From: Monocercomonoides exilis PA203
Lineage: Eukaryota > Protista > Preaxostyla
Direction of reading: 5' to 3'
Length of the DNA stretch: 64,000 nucleotides
Assembly: GCA_001643675.2 (NCBI GenBank)
Contig: LSRY02000026.1
Location: 62,001 to 126,000 of the forward strand
Of this stretch, positions 37,813 to 47,785 are shown piece by piece. The first letter of the stretch is position 1; each line of letters opens with the position of its first letter. Below the pieces are notes generated by a model, which saw nothing but the letters and a program-made list of their open reading frames with translations, was not told the DNA's origin and did no database searches. The position numbers were made by a program, and so were the translations under genes.

Positions 37813-38782
37813 ATAGGGTCAGTTATTTATCGGTGTCCAAAAAATTAATCGGGACCTAAATTTTTTGGCTCACAGGAGCACTTTCAGAAAAAAATAAATA
37901 ATAGGAAACCTTTTTTATACTTTTATATACTATTCCAGAAAATATTTTTTATTTTTTTTATTTCTGTAAATAGATCTGGAATTTTTTGTTTTATTTTTTA
38001 GATCAAAGACTTGCTCATATTTTCACGAGCTTTTTGTTTTGAGATTTTTAAGTATTGTTATTGTTATTGAACATAACTTCTTTATAAATTTGGTTATTTT
38101 TCATTGTTTAACACTTCGGTTTTTTATTACTTTTTCCAATTCACTAAATTTCGATAAATTGAAAAATGCATTTGAATGAATAAGTTATTTCGTTTATTAA
38201 AAAGGAAATATATTTGAATTATCAACAAATAAAGATTTGTATTAGGAAGAAAATCTTTTAATTTTTATGATCGTGATTATAACACAAAAAAACTTGTTTT
38301 TGCGTTTTTTTACTTCCTTTGCTTCAAATCACATTGTTTTATTTCAAAATTTTTGTGACGTTCATTTCGATAATTTTACAACTATTTTTCAACATTAAAA
38401 AACCAAGCAACTCGAATATCACTGCAAAATATTCAATTTGTTGAAATTTAGTGAATTGGAAAAAGTAATAAAAAACCGAAGTGTTAAACAATGAAAAATA
38501 ACCAAATTTATAAAGAAGTTATGTTCAATAACAATAACAATACTTAAAAATCTCAAAACAAAAAGCTCGTGAAAATATGAGCAAGTCTTTGATCTAAAAA
38601 ATAAAACAAAAAATTCCAGATCTATTTACAGAAATAAAAAAAATAAAAAATATTTTCTGGAATAGTATATAAAAGTATAAAAAAGGTTTCCTATTATTTA
38701 TTTTTTTCTGAAAGTGCTCCTGTGAGCCAAAAAATTTAGGTCCCGATTAATTTTTTGGACACCGATAAATAACTGACCCTAT
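37813..38782. mobile_element. 970-bp foldback/MITE with 340-bp inverted arms and a 290-bp spacer
   Basis: 37813-38152 is the reverse complement of 38443-38782 with no mismatch seen by eye. The ends are (A)TAGGGTCAG...CTGACCCTA(T). There is no 8-bp TSD; only TA could be duplicated. Confidence 0.92.
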
Positions 38783-39009
38783 GTCTGATTTTCATAAATG
38801 ATTTAGAACATTCAATTTTTTCTGTGCATTTTCCAATTTGTATATAGAATTGCAAACAATTGAACAAAAAACATGAAAAATGTTATTATTATCAAAAAAT
38901 TTAACTTTCCACTGTAGATTGTTATGCTTCAAATTATTATCACGTTTATTGAGAGAATAACAATCAATCGATGTGATAAATAATAACATGTTGAATTATG
39001 AATTCAATA

Positions 39010-39420
39010 GACACAATGCAGATTAAGTTGGGAAATTTGAATTAATGGAGGTTTATTAAATAAACCTATGTCAATTTGAATGAAGGCCACTTGAATTAAA
39101 TAAAATGGAAAAAATTTGAAATCACCATCCTAATTCAAATTAGAAAAGAACATTCAAATTAATAATTATTGTAAAAGGAAAATTTAGCAAACAAAAAACA
39201 CTAATGAAAACAAAGTGGAAATAAAAGAAAAATCAAACCTTTTTTGACTATTTCATAAATGAAATCTTGATAATTCGAAGGAAGCGTGAAAATAAGCTTA
39301 AATAAAATAAATGTTTAATAAATAATTAGTTAACAAAGTGAAAATGTTATTTGTTTTGAATTTTTTATGAAGAATGATTAACTTTGAAGATAATTTTTAT
39401 AGTTTTTACATAAATAATAA
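39010..39420 (+). repeat. Dispersed AT-rich repeat, copy A
   Basis: Aligns along its length with 57642-58045 (caatgcagatta..gggaaatttgaatt.atggagg...tatgtcaatttgaat...aaagtggaaataaaa...aaacctttt.gact). Confidence 0.75.
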
Positions 39421-39857
39421 AAAGAAAACGATGACATTCTGCAAATTCTGAAAAATTAATTTGTTTCGTACGCGTGTTTTGTTATACAGAATGCATTATC
39501 ACCATTTTCATGGAATAGTGATATTAATGTAGCAGAATCGTATGTCTAAATCCTTTTCCTTTTTCATTTTCCTTATTTCCTTTCATTTTTTCATTTGCAT
39601 TCTCTCTTTTGTCGTTATCTCATAATTTAGAATTGTTCTTTCTCTGAATTTTCTCGTTCTTTTCACCTGTCACATCATCTTTATTTATATCATCATTTCT
39701 TTCTTTCTTTTCATACCACATCCCCGTAAAATCTCTTATGCAAACTTCTTTTCAAAGCAGAACTTTTTCTTCTTTTCGCCTTTGCCTCTATTTCCATCAG
39801 AATACACATTCTCTGTAATTTTTTCCTCCTTTTTCTCGATCTCCATTAAACTTTCGC

Positions 39858-41741
39858 TCACAGAGCATGTGGAAAGATGGCTTCACTCACCGAAAATGTG
39901 TTGGCAAAGGCAGATGAGGCGAATGAGATGCGCCCTCCATCGGTGGCAGTCTGTTGGTTTTGTGGAGCTGAGTTGATGTTGGTGATGGTGCAGTTGGTGA
40001 GGGAGATGGAGAGGGCAGGGGAGGTGGGAGAGGAGAGGAAACAGCTGGCGGGGGTGGCAGTGGAGTTGATATCGGTGATGTTGGAGGAGTTAATGGTGAG
40101 GGGAGCGGTGAGGGAGGTGAGGTGGAAGATGCTGGGGCTGTTGAGGATGAGTTTGGTGATTGCTGTGTGGTTGAGGGTGAGGGAGCCAGCAGCGAGGAAG
40201 AAGAGGGGGGTTGTGATTGGTGTGGAGGTTGTTCCAGTGATGGTGGTTGTGTTGAGGCTGAGGGAAGGGGAGTTATTGGAGAGGTGGAAGAGGATGGGGG
40301 TGATGGGATTTGTGGAGTTGTGGGCGATGGCGAGGGCAGAGACCGTGAGGGAGCCCTGTGTTAGTTGGAAGAGGGCAGACGAGGCAGATGGATCTGGCGA
40401 AGAAGATGCAGATGAAAATGATGGAGAGGAAGAAGAAGCTGGCTGAGGAATTCCACTAGAGGCGATGGTGGTGGCAGTTGTGCCATTTCCTGTGATTTTG
40501 ATGTCAACTGCGCTGAAGGTGAGTGTCAGATTTGGAATAAATGTTGAGGTGAGGAGGATGAAGGAGGCGTCTTGGGAATCTGTCATGCGAACAAGAGCGA
40601 ATTCTATTGTTTAACATGGACTGAGTTGTGTGATTCCGCAGAGATCGGTGTTTGTTCCATTATTTGACACGATTTTGAAAGTTGTTATGAGAGGGAGCCA
40701 TCCATTGAAAGTTTCATTATCTGCTTGTCCATTATTCCACACTCTTTTAGCTGGGGTTGTTGAGCCACAATTCTCAAATGGAGATTGAGTGATTGCATTA
40801 CCACCGAAGAACACATCATTCCCTCTTCCATTTGTTGCTGAGTTGCCATCGAAGAAACAAAATGTGATGAATTTAACTCCGTTCATCCAATCATATGTTC
40901 TTGTACAACACATTCCTGCTCCACCATAAGATTTAGAAGCAGTCTGATTGTTATTGATGAAATGACACTCAACGATTGAAAACTGATTTGGCTTGTTGGC
41001 TGGAGGATAATGAAACGTTAAAGAACCAGCAGAATCACCACCAGAATTTGCGATGTACTTGCATTTGGATAAAAGAAATTGACCGTTTGAGGTCATATCA
41101 TATACATTAAAATGCCAACCAGTTCCACACCAATTTGTTATTGAACAACTTTCCACTCTGTTTTCAGAGAATGTCCAAAAAGCATTTGATTGTGGATGCC
41201 ATATTGCAGCTGCTCCTCCATGAAAAGCAGAACAACTTGTGAAATTGGATTTTATGATATCAATTTTTAACAAATTTCCACAATATAACTCTCCACCAGC
41301 AGCATTACTTGAAGAACAATTGTGAAATGAACAAGATGTAATTGTGAGGTTGGCATTTGTGCAATAAACATCAAGAGCACCACCATTATTATTTCCTCCG
41401 CTGATTGAATTATTCCACTCACACCATTCAAAAAGATAGCTATTCAATTCAGGAAAAGTCAGTCTTCCAGGTTTCGCTCTTTGAGATTCCGTTCCCACAT
41501 GATCCACAGCATCATTTGATAAAGAGCGTGTTTGATGGAGGAAAGATGTGTTGAAGGCAGAGAGAGAAGTGGAAGAGGTGTTGATGGAAGGGAGGATTGA
41601 ACAGTCGATGGTGTTTTGAGTGAGTTGGAGAGATAACTGAAGAAAAGGACGAGAGAGAATAAATTGTGTTAACAAAATAATTTTATATGTGTTTGCAAGT
41701 AATTCTGAGGATAAAAATACTTCAAATTTTTGATCATCCAC
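39858..41741 (-). pseudogene. Truncated fragment of a Cys/Gly-rich beta-helix-like surface protein
   Basis: ORFs 40611-41741 and 39858-40586 are in frame across one TAA (PC*TIE). They share motifs with the 5783 gene (PSIN...SLSAFNTSF, FEWCEWN, NGGA, FCFF..N...G.DV, CG..SPC). The fragment breaks off near 39860 with no TM segment. Confidence 0.75.
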
Positions 41742-42364
41742 ATATGAAAGGCTTTCTGTGCTTTTGGCACGAAAGAAAATTGTGAAATAGGATAAATAAG
41801 AAGAAAAATATCGAAAAAGAAATTTTCGAAAAAAATATTAAATGATCTATATTTAAAACGAAATCTTGAAAAAGAAACGTACATACTTTTAAACATTCAG
41901 TGTTTTAAATATTTCTTGTTAATGATTTTTAACATTATTTTTCTACAAAGCGAAAAATGAAAAACAATATTGTTTGAAAATAGCTATTGCTTGAAACAGG
42001 AAAAGCAGTAATTACCTTATGAGTGCTGAACAAAATGGCACAGAAGTCATCGTTGGTGCTATAGTATTAAAGAAACAGTTTGCAATTCGAAGAAATAAAC
42101 AAAGAATTTGATGAAGCTTTTATGATTTGTATATTGGGAAAAATGAATTTTCAATAGCAACAATCATTCAAACTCGCATTATATAACTCACGTTTTCGAT
42201 AACATAAGTTGGAATAGCATTTAAAACGAATTATCGAATGATTCTATTTTTTCGAAGAAGATAATTGAAAGATCAAAGTTTTTTCAAAAAGAAAATAAAA
42301 ATAAACTTTAGTATTTCATATCAATCTTTTATGATTATAATTAAATGCAATTTATTTTCATATT

Positions 42365-42504
42365 TGGAACATTCAATTCGAAATAGGATGAAGATTTTAA
42401 AAATAAGCAAGTCAATTCAAATATACAGGGGTTATTTTAAATAACCACCAAAATTTTGAATTATTTTTTCAATTTGAATAATTTGATTCAATCTGCATTG
42501 CATC
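42365..42504 (-). repeat. Diverged inverted partial copy (C) of the 39010 repeat
   Basis: The reverse complement gatgcaatgcagatt...ggtggttatttaaaataacccctgtatatttgaattga...aaatcttcatcctatttcgaatt aligns with 39010-39142. Confidence 0.5.
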
Positions 42505-43170
42505 AAATGGATTCTTTTAAGAAAATCAATGAATGAATTATGTGATACATGCAAAACTCTAACATTTGAACAAGGAATGAATAGTCACACACAATAATCC
42601 AAGTTATATTTAAAACAAACTCTTCAACAATATAATTTTGATTCACACAAAAAAATTATATCTATTCTTTTTTTCAATTGCTCTCTTATTTTTCGTGATA
42701 ATTCAATTTTTCAAAAATGAAATCAATTCATTAAAATCAAATCTTCCAACTCAATGTTTGTTTCATTCATTTTAATAATTTGAATTTATTCATTTCATAT
42801 CAAAAATACAGTTAAATGCAGAACTCATTAGAATCAAAAACACTTTCTGAAGGATAATTTTGTTTTAAAAAAGCCACACATAATTTAACATGTCTAGAAC
42901 AGTGTTTTGAATATGAACCAATCTCTACAAATAATAATCAGTGAAAAATTGAAACAATGACTTTTATTGATTATTAATAATTTAAAAAAGATTTTTCTAT
43001 GAGTAATATTTATGAATACACTCTTTCCAATGAAATATGAAAATTTTCAATAATTCGAAAAAATACCAAAAAATACAAAGTATGTTTCAAACCATAAATT
43101 ACAACAACAATTGTACGATTAATGTGTCTGTAGATCTTTGATTGAATTGAGAAAAGAACATCGATTGAAA

Positions 43171-46100
43171 ATGTTTCTGACATTGGTATTTTTGCAAGTT
43201 GTGCTTTCCATATGTGCAGAAGGTGAAGTGAAAGAAGTGTTCGTTAAAAGTGGAGGAAACGGAACAAATGGAACATCAAATGACCCTATCGGAAAGATAA
43301 GTGATGCATATCAAAAGCTTAATGATACAAGTGCTGAACAATTGAACATAACAATTATAAAGCAAGATGATGGTCAACCTGCATTAGTAGCAGGAGTGAA
43401 TGAATTTGATAAAGATAAACCATTAATGATCCAAGGAAAACAAAATGAAAGTGCAAATGGGACTCCTGAGTTAGTGGAAATAAACTGTATATATCTTGCT
43501 GATGTAAATAATGAAAATGAAAACAAGGATCTGTTCACTTGTAAGCAAAATGTGACATTCAAGTTTCTGAAGTTTATATATCCGTTATCACTTGGAAATG
43601 CATCTAATGATGACAACACGTTGGCTATTATTCATTTGGTTGCAAATTCAGGGGGATCAACTCAAGTGTTGTCTGATCATTCATCCATGACAACAGAATC
43701 AAATAAACTATCACCTAATCTAACAATAAGCACTTGCCAATTTGTTCGTCCAACAGAAACAGAAACAGCCAATATTCATCTGGTGAAAGTGGATGAAGGT
43801 GAATTCAACATGGAGGCAGTATCTTTCAGTGATGATAACAACACTGCTAAGTTTTCAACCACTCCGTTTTTGTTTGACAAAGCAACAAAAGTCACATTGA
43901 TTGCATCGACATTGAATAACATAGAGTCGAGTGAAAGTGCAGTGGTGAAGATTGTGGGAAAAAGTGAAACAAAGATTGAAGTGAATGTCCATGGGTGTAC
44001 ATTTGCCAATTGCATATCAACAGAAAATGGAACTAATGCCACAAGTGGAGCATTGTATGTTGAAAGTGATCATTCAGAAAGTAAATTTAATATTTCAGAA
44101 AGTAAGCGATATTCAAATGCAAAAACAACATTTACTTCGTGTGAATGTGCCAATGGGAAATCAGGTGGGATATATCTGAAGATGTCAGCAATTTCAAGTG
44201 CAGATAATCTGATATGGTCTGAAGAAAATAAATTGACATTTACAAATTGCACAGCCGGATCAAAGAGTACGGGTTTGTATCTTGATGTGAAAAGTGAAAA
44301 GTACAAGGAAATTGCCGAAGAGATGAAAAAGAAATTTGCCAAAAACTATGTGGAAGGAACAAATGACTGGTTTGTTGCAGCGAAGGGAACAAATAGTGAG
44401 GATATTGATTTCACTGCAATATATTTTGATCCACATGAGGCATATGTTAAAAGTGGAGGAAGTGATGACGCAGCAGATGGAACAAAAGAAAAACCATTTA
44501 AAACAATAAAAGGAGCTAATGATTTATTGGATAAATCAAAAGGTCCAGGAGAATTTTCCATAAAAATAATGAAAAAAGGAGAAGAATCTGGACAAGAAGT
44601 TCTTAAAGCAGAAGCTGTGACATTCTCAAAAGAGACAGGAATTACGATCGAAGGAGTGGTAGAAGCAGAGGAAACTGGAAATGAAGCTGATACGAAAGTT
44701 GAGATAGATTGTAGCAATATTTCTGAAAGCGATTTATTCACCTGTCAAAAAACAGTGACATTCAAGAATTTGATATTCGATTTCAACTCAACATCTGGAC
44801 AAGTAACAGATCAATCTGAAGGAAATGAAGGAACTTATGCCTTGATTCATGCTGATTCAGTATCAACATCACTAACAATTGACACTTGTGATTTCAAGCA
44901 AACAACATCAACCAATACACGTGGGATGCTTTCAAATACAGGGGAAGAAATAAAAATCCATCTTGTGAAAGTGAGTGCAGGGACATTGATGATGAACATG
45001 GTCGAATGCACTTCTGAGAACGAAGTGAAATTTTCAGATACACCATTTTTGGTTGATGGAACAACAACAGCAGTCACGGCTGTTTCATTGACATCATTGA
45101 ATCTGAAGAAGATCACATCAAAGGGAAGTGCTGTTATGAAAATTGTTGGAAATACAGACACAGCTATTTCAGTGAATTTGGACACATGCTCATTCACAGA
45201 ATGCAAATCGGAAGATACAACAACAGATTCATGTGGAGCACTTTATGTGAAGAGCGAACATGCAGAAAGCACATTCTCCATTGGAAACACTGGGAAAACA
45301 ACATTTGAAAATTGCACATGTACAAAGGGGAAATCAGGAGCAATATGTCTGGAGATGAAAAATGCAACAAAAGCAGATGAACTGACATGGCCAGAAACAG
45401 GAACCAATTTAGAATTTACTGGATGCAAGGTTTCAGATTCAGATACAACTTCGAATGCTGAAAAGAACACAGGATTATATTTGGATGTACCAGTCAGCCT
45501 TCACAGAGACATGGCAATAGCGATGAAGAAAAGCTTTGCATCTGGATACAAGAAAAATGAAAATAAATGCTTTGTTGTTGCAAAAGGAACAGAGGATAGC
45601 TCTGAAGTTGATTTCACAGAAGTGTATTTTGATCCGAATACAAATGTGTATGTTAGTGAAGGAGCAACAGATGATAGCCAAGATGGATTAAGCTATGACA
45701 ACCCAAAGAAAAAACTGGATTCAGCATACAAATTATTTGGAGTGGGTGTTGGAGGAGAAAAGTTCAAGATCAACATCATCAAAACGAATAAATCATTCAA
45801 AGCTGCAGCTGTCACACTTGAGAAATTTTCATTGATAACGATTGTGGGTGTAACCAAAACAAATGGAGAAGAAACAGAAAAAGAAACAGAAGTGGAGATT
45901 GATTGTAATGTTAAATCAGAAAGTCATTTGTTCACATGCAAGAGTGAAGTTGAGTTCAGAGGAATATCCTTCTTGTTCCCATTGTCATTGGATGAGCCAG
46001 AGGAATCAAATACCGATCCACATTCATTGATTGTTGCAGATTGTGAAAGTGCTAAGTTGAGTATTGTGAACTGCAAATTTGTGAGACCAGAGCCAGTTGC

Positions 46101-46905
46101 ACTCAGTAATGTTGGAGAAATTGCCAAAATCCATCTTGTTAATGTGAAAGAAGGAGAACTTATAATGAGTGGAGTTGAATGCAAGGGTGATAATGAAGTG
46201 AACTTCCAAGAATCATTGTTTGATATTGAAAGTGCTTCTTTAGTCAAATTAGATACAGTTGAGATCAGCAAAGTGAGTGTGACAGATGGAGCAGCAATCA
46301 ACATCCAAGATGCAGCTGAAAAAGCATCGAGTGTTCAAATAGAAGGGTTGAGCATGGATGGAGTGAAATCATCGAAGGGATTGTGTGCAGGTGTTATGAT
46401 CAAGATGGTAGATGACAATTCGAAAGTGGAAATGGGAAGAGAAAAGAAATGTTCATTCAAATCGTGTGAAGCAGCAAGTGGAAAGGCAGGAGCTATTCTC
46501 ATTGAAGTGAAAGATGCAGTTGAGAATTTGAAACTTCCGGGTGAAGGCAAACTTGAGTTAGGTGACAACAAAGGGAAAGATTCATCGGTGGCATCACTGT
46601 GCATCATTGCTCCAGACTTTGATAAGTTCAGCCAACAGAAAGACGCCTTTGCATTTGCGAAGGACTACAACGACGACAACAAAGGATGGATTGTGGGGGC
46701 AACAGATGAAGAGGCTGCTCCTGAAGATGTGTATGAGAAATACCTGAAGGAGAAGAAAGATGAGCCAGAACCAGAAAAGAAGAAGATGATGAGTGCAGGG
46801 ACTGTGGTTGCTATTGTTGTTCCTATTGTGGTTGTGGTGGTAGTGGTGGTTGTTGTGATTATTGCAATTGTTGTAGTCAGGAAGAGAAGATCTCGGAACA
46901 ACTGA
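43171..46905 (+). CDS. Type-I membrane surface protein with three ~400-aa tandem repeats (beta-helix/adhesin-like)
   Basis: Signal peptide MFLTLVFLQVVLSICAEG. Three units start EVFVKSGG, EAYVKSGG and NVYVSEG, and each contains DC..LFTC, IHLV.V..G, F..C...GK.GAI and F...Y. A C-terminal Val-rich TM is followed by RKRRSRNN. Intronless and uninterrupted. Confidence 0.85.
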   Translation: MFLTLVFLQVVLSICAEGEVKEVFVKSGGNGTNGTSNDPIGKISDAYQKLNDTSAEQLNITIIKQDDGQPALVAGVNEFDKDKPLMIQGKQNESANGTPELVEINCIYLADVNNENENKDLFTCKQNVTFKFLKFIYPLSLGNASNDDNTLAIIHLVANSGGSTQVLSDHSSMTTESNKLSPNLTISTCQFVRPTETETANIHLVKVDEGEFNMEAVSFSDDNNTAKFSTTPFLFDKATKVTLIASTLNNIESSESAVVKIVGKSETKIEVNVHGCTFANCISTENGTNATSGALYVESDHSESKFNISESKRYSNAKTTFTSCECANGKSGGIYLKMSAISSADNLIWSEENKLTFTNCTAGSKSTGLYLDVKSEKYKEIAEEMKKKFAKNYVEGTNDWFVAAKGTNSEDIDFTAIYFDPHEAYVKSGGSDDAADGTKEKPFKTIKGANDLLDKSKGPGEFSIKIMKKGEESGQEVLKAEAVTFSKETGITIEGVVEAEETGNEADTKVEIDCSNISESDLFTCQKTVTFKNLIFDFNSTSGQVTDQSEGNEGTYALIHADSVSTSLTIDTCDFKQTTSTNTRGMLSNTGEEIKIHLVKVSAGTLMMNMVECTSENEVKFSDTPFLVDGTTTAVTAVSLTSLNLKKITSKGSAVMKIVGNTDTAISVNLDTCSFTECKSEDTTTDSCGALYVKSEHAESTFSIGNTGKTTFENCTCTKGKSGAICLEMKNATKADELTWPETGTNLEFTGCKVSDSDTTSNAEKNTGLYLDVPVSLHRDMAIAMKKSFASGYKKNENKCFVVAKGTEDSSEVDFTEVYFDPNTNVYVSEGATDDSQDGLSYDNPKKKLDSAYKLFGVGVGGEKFKINIIKTNKSFKAAAVTLEKFSLITIVGVTKTNGEETEKETEVEIDCNVKSESHLFTCKSEVEFRGISFLFPLSLDEPEESNTDPHSLIVADCESAKLSIVNCKFVRPEPVALSNVGEIAKIHLVNVKEGELIMSGVECKGDNEVNFQESLFDIESASLVKLDTVEISKVSVTDGAAINIQDAAEKASSVQIEGLSMDGVKSSKGLCAGVMIKMVDDNSKVEMGREKKCSFKSCEAASGKAGAILIEVKDAVENLKLPGEGKLELGDNKGKDSSVASLCIIAPDFDKFSQQKDAFAFAKDYNDDNKGWIVGATDEEAAPEDVYEKYLKEKKDEPEPEKKKMMSAGTVVAIVVPIVVVVVVVVVVIIAIVVVRKRRSRNN

Positions 46906-47785
46906 AAAATAAATGGAGGAGTGCAGTCAGTGATTGTTGTTTATGCATATTGACAAAGAAAAGTGACACTCTTATTATTATTTTTATTTTTTCTATTTTG
47001 ATTTTATTCATTAGTAAAACCAGTTAAGCTGATGTTATGTATTTTTTATTTTTATGCTTGTTTGTTGTCACTAAATGAGCCATATTAAGTATTTTTTTTG
47101 TTTTTTATTTAAATTTTTTAATTTTTATTATTAAGTTTCGTTACACATAATATTTCTATGGTGCAACGTCATGCACTATTTTCATCATCAAGGCTTTATT
47201 CGGTCCTTGATGAATATATTAGAGTAAGTTGTTTTTTTGTTGTCTTTTTATTTTTTTTCATAATAATATTATCATCATCACTCATTTGTTATTCACTTTT
47301 GCTCCTTTGAAAAAAAATAGTATTTTGATAATCAATTTTTTTCGTGATAATATTAATATAAAGAACGTTAACATTTATTGATTTATTATTTTCATAAATA
47401 AATAATTTTTGAAACACAAATTTTGAAAGTTAATAAGCATTGATGTGGAACAACTTATTCAGTAAAAAATTGTTTGTATCAAGTTTTTATTGGTGCCTGC
47501 TTCATTATAAGATCCAAAAATTTAATTTTTTCATTATTTTGATAAACACTACATGAGAAAAATTGGAACGAGCTCACAAACGGTTCTGCAATATCAAAAA
47601 CAATGTTCTATTTTTTGTTGTTTTCTTTATCAATTAATGAATACAGATCGAGATACTGTTTTTATTTTTATTTTTATTTTTATTTTTATTTTTATTTTTT
47701 TATTTTTTTATTTTTATTTTTTTTTTTTTTTTCAAAAAAGGAAATAAAACCATTTATAAATATTCCATTATTTTATTTTTTATTA

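Noticed and set aside
29945-38782. Shared ancestry of the 342-bp and 340-bp inverted-repeat elements because of their similar arm length
   Set aside because: The arm sequences and termini show no similarity, so the length match is treated as coincidence.
5783-46905. Host-wide TAA/TAG-to-Gln reassignment, suggested by in-frame TAA at 11551 and 40611
   Set aside because: ORFs of 900-1500 codons in AT-rich DNA lack internal TAR, and intact genes end in TAA (for example at 50448 and 60816). The isolated stops are better read as nonsense lesions.
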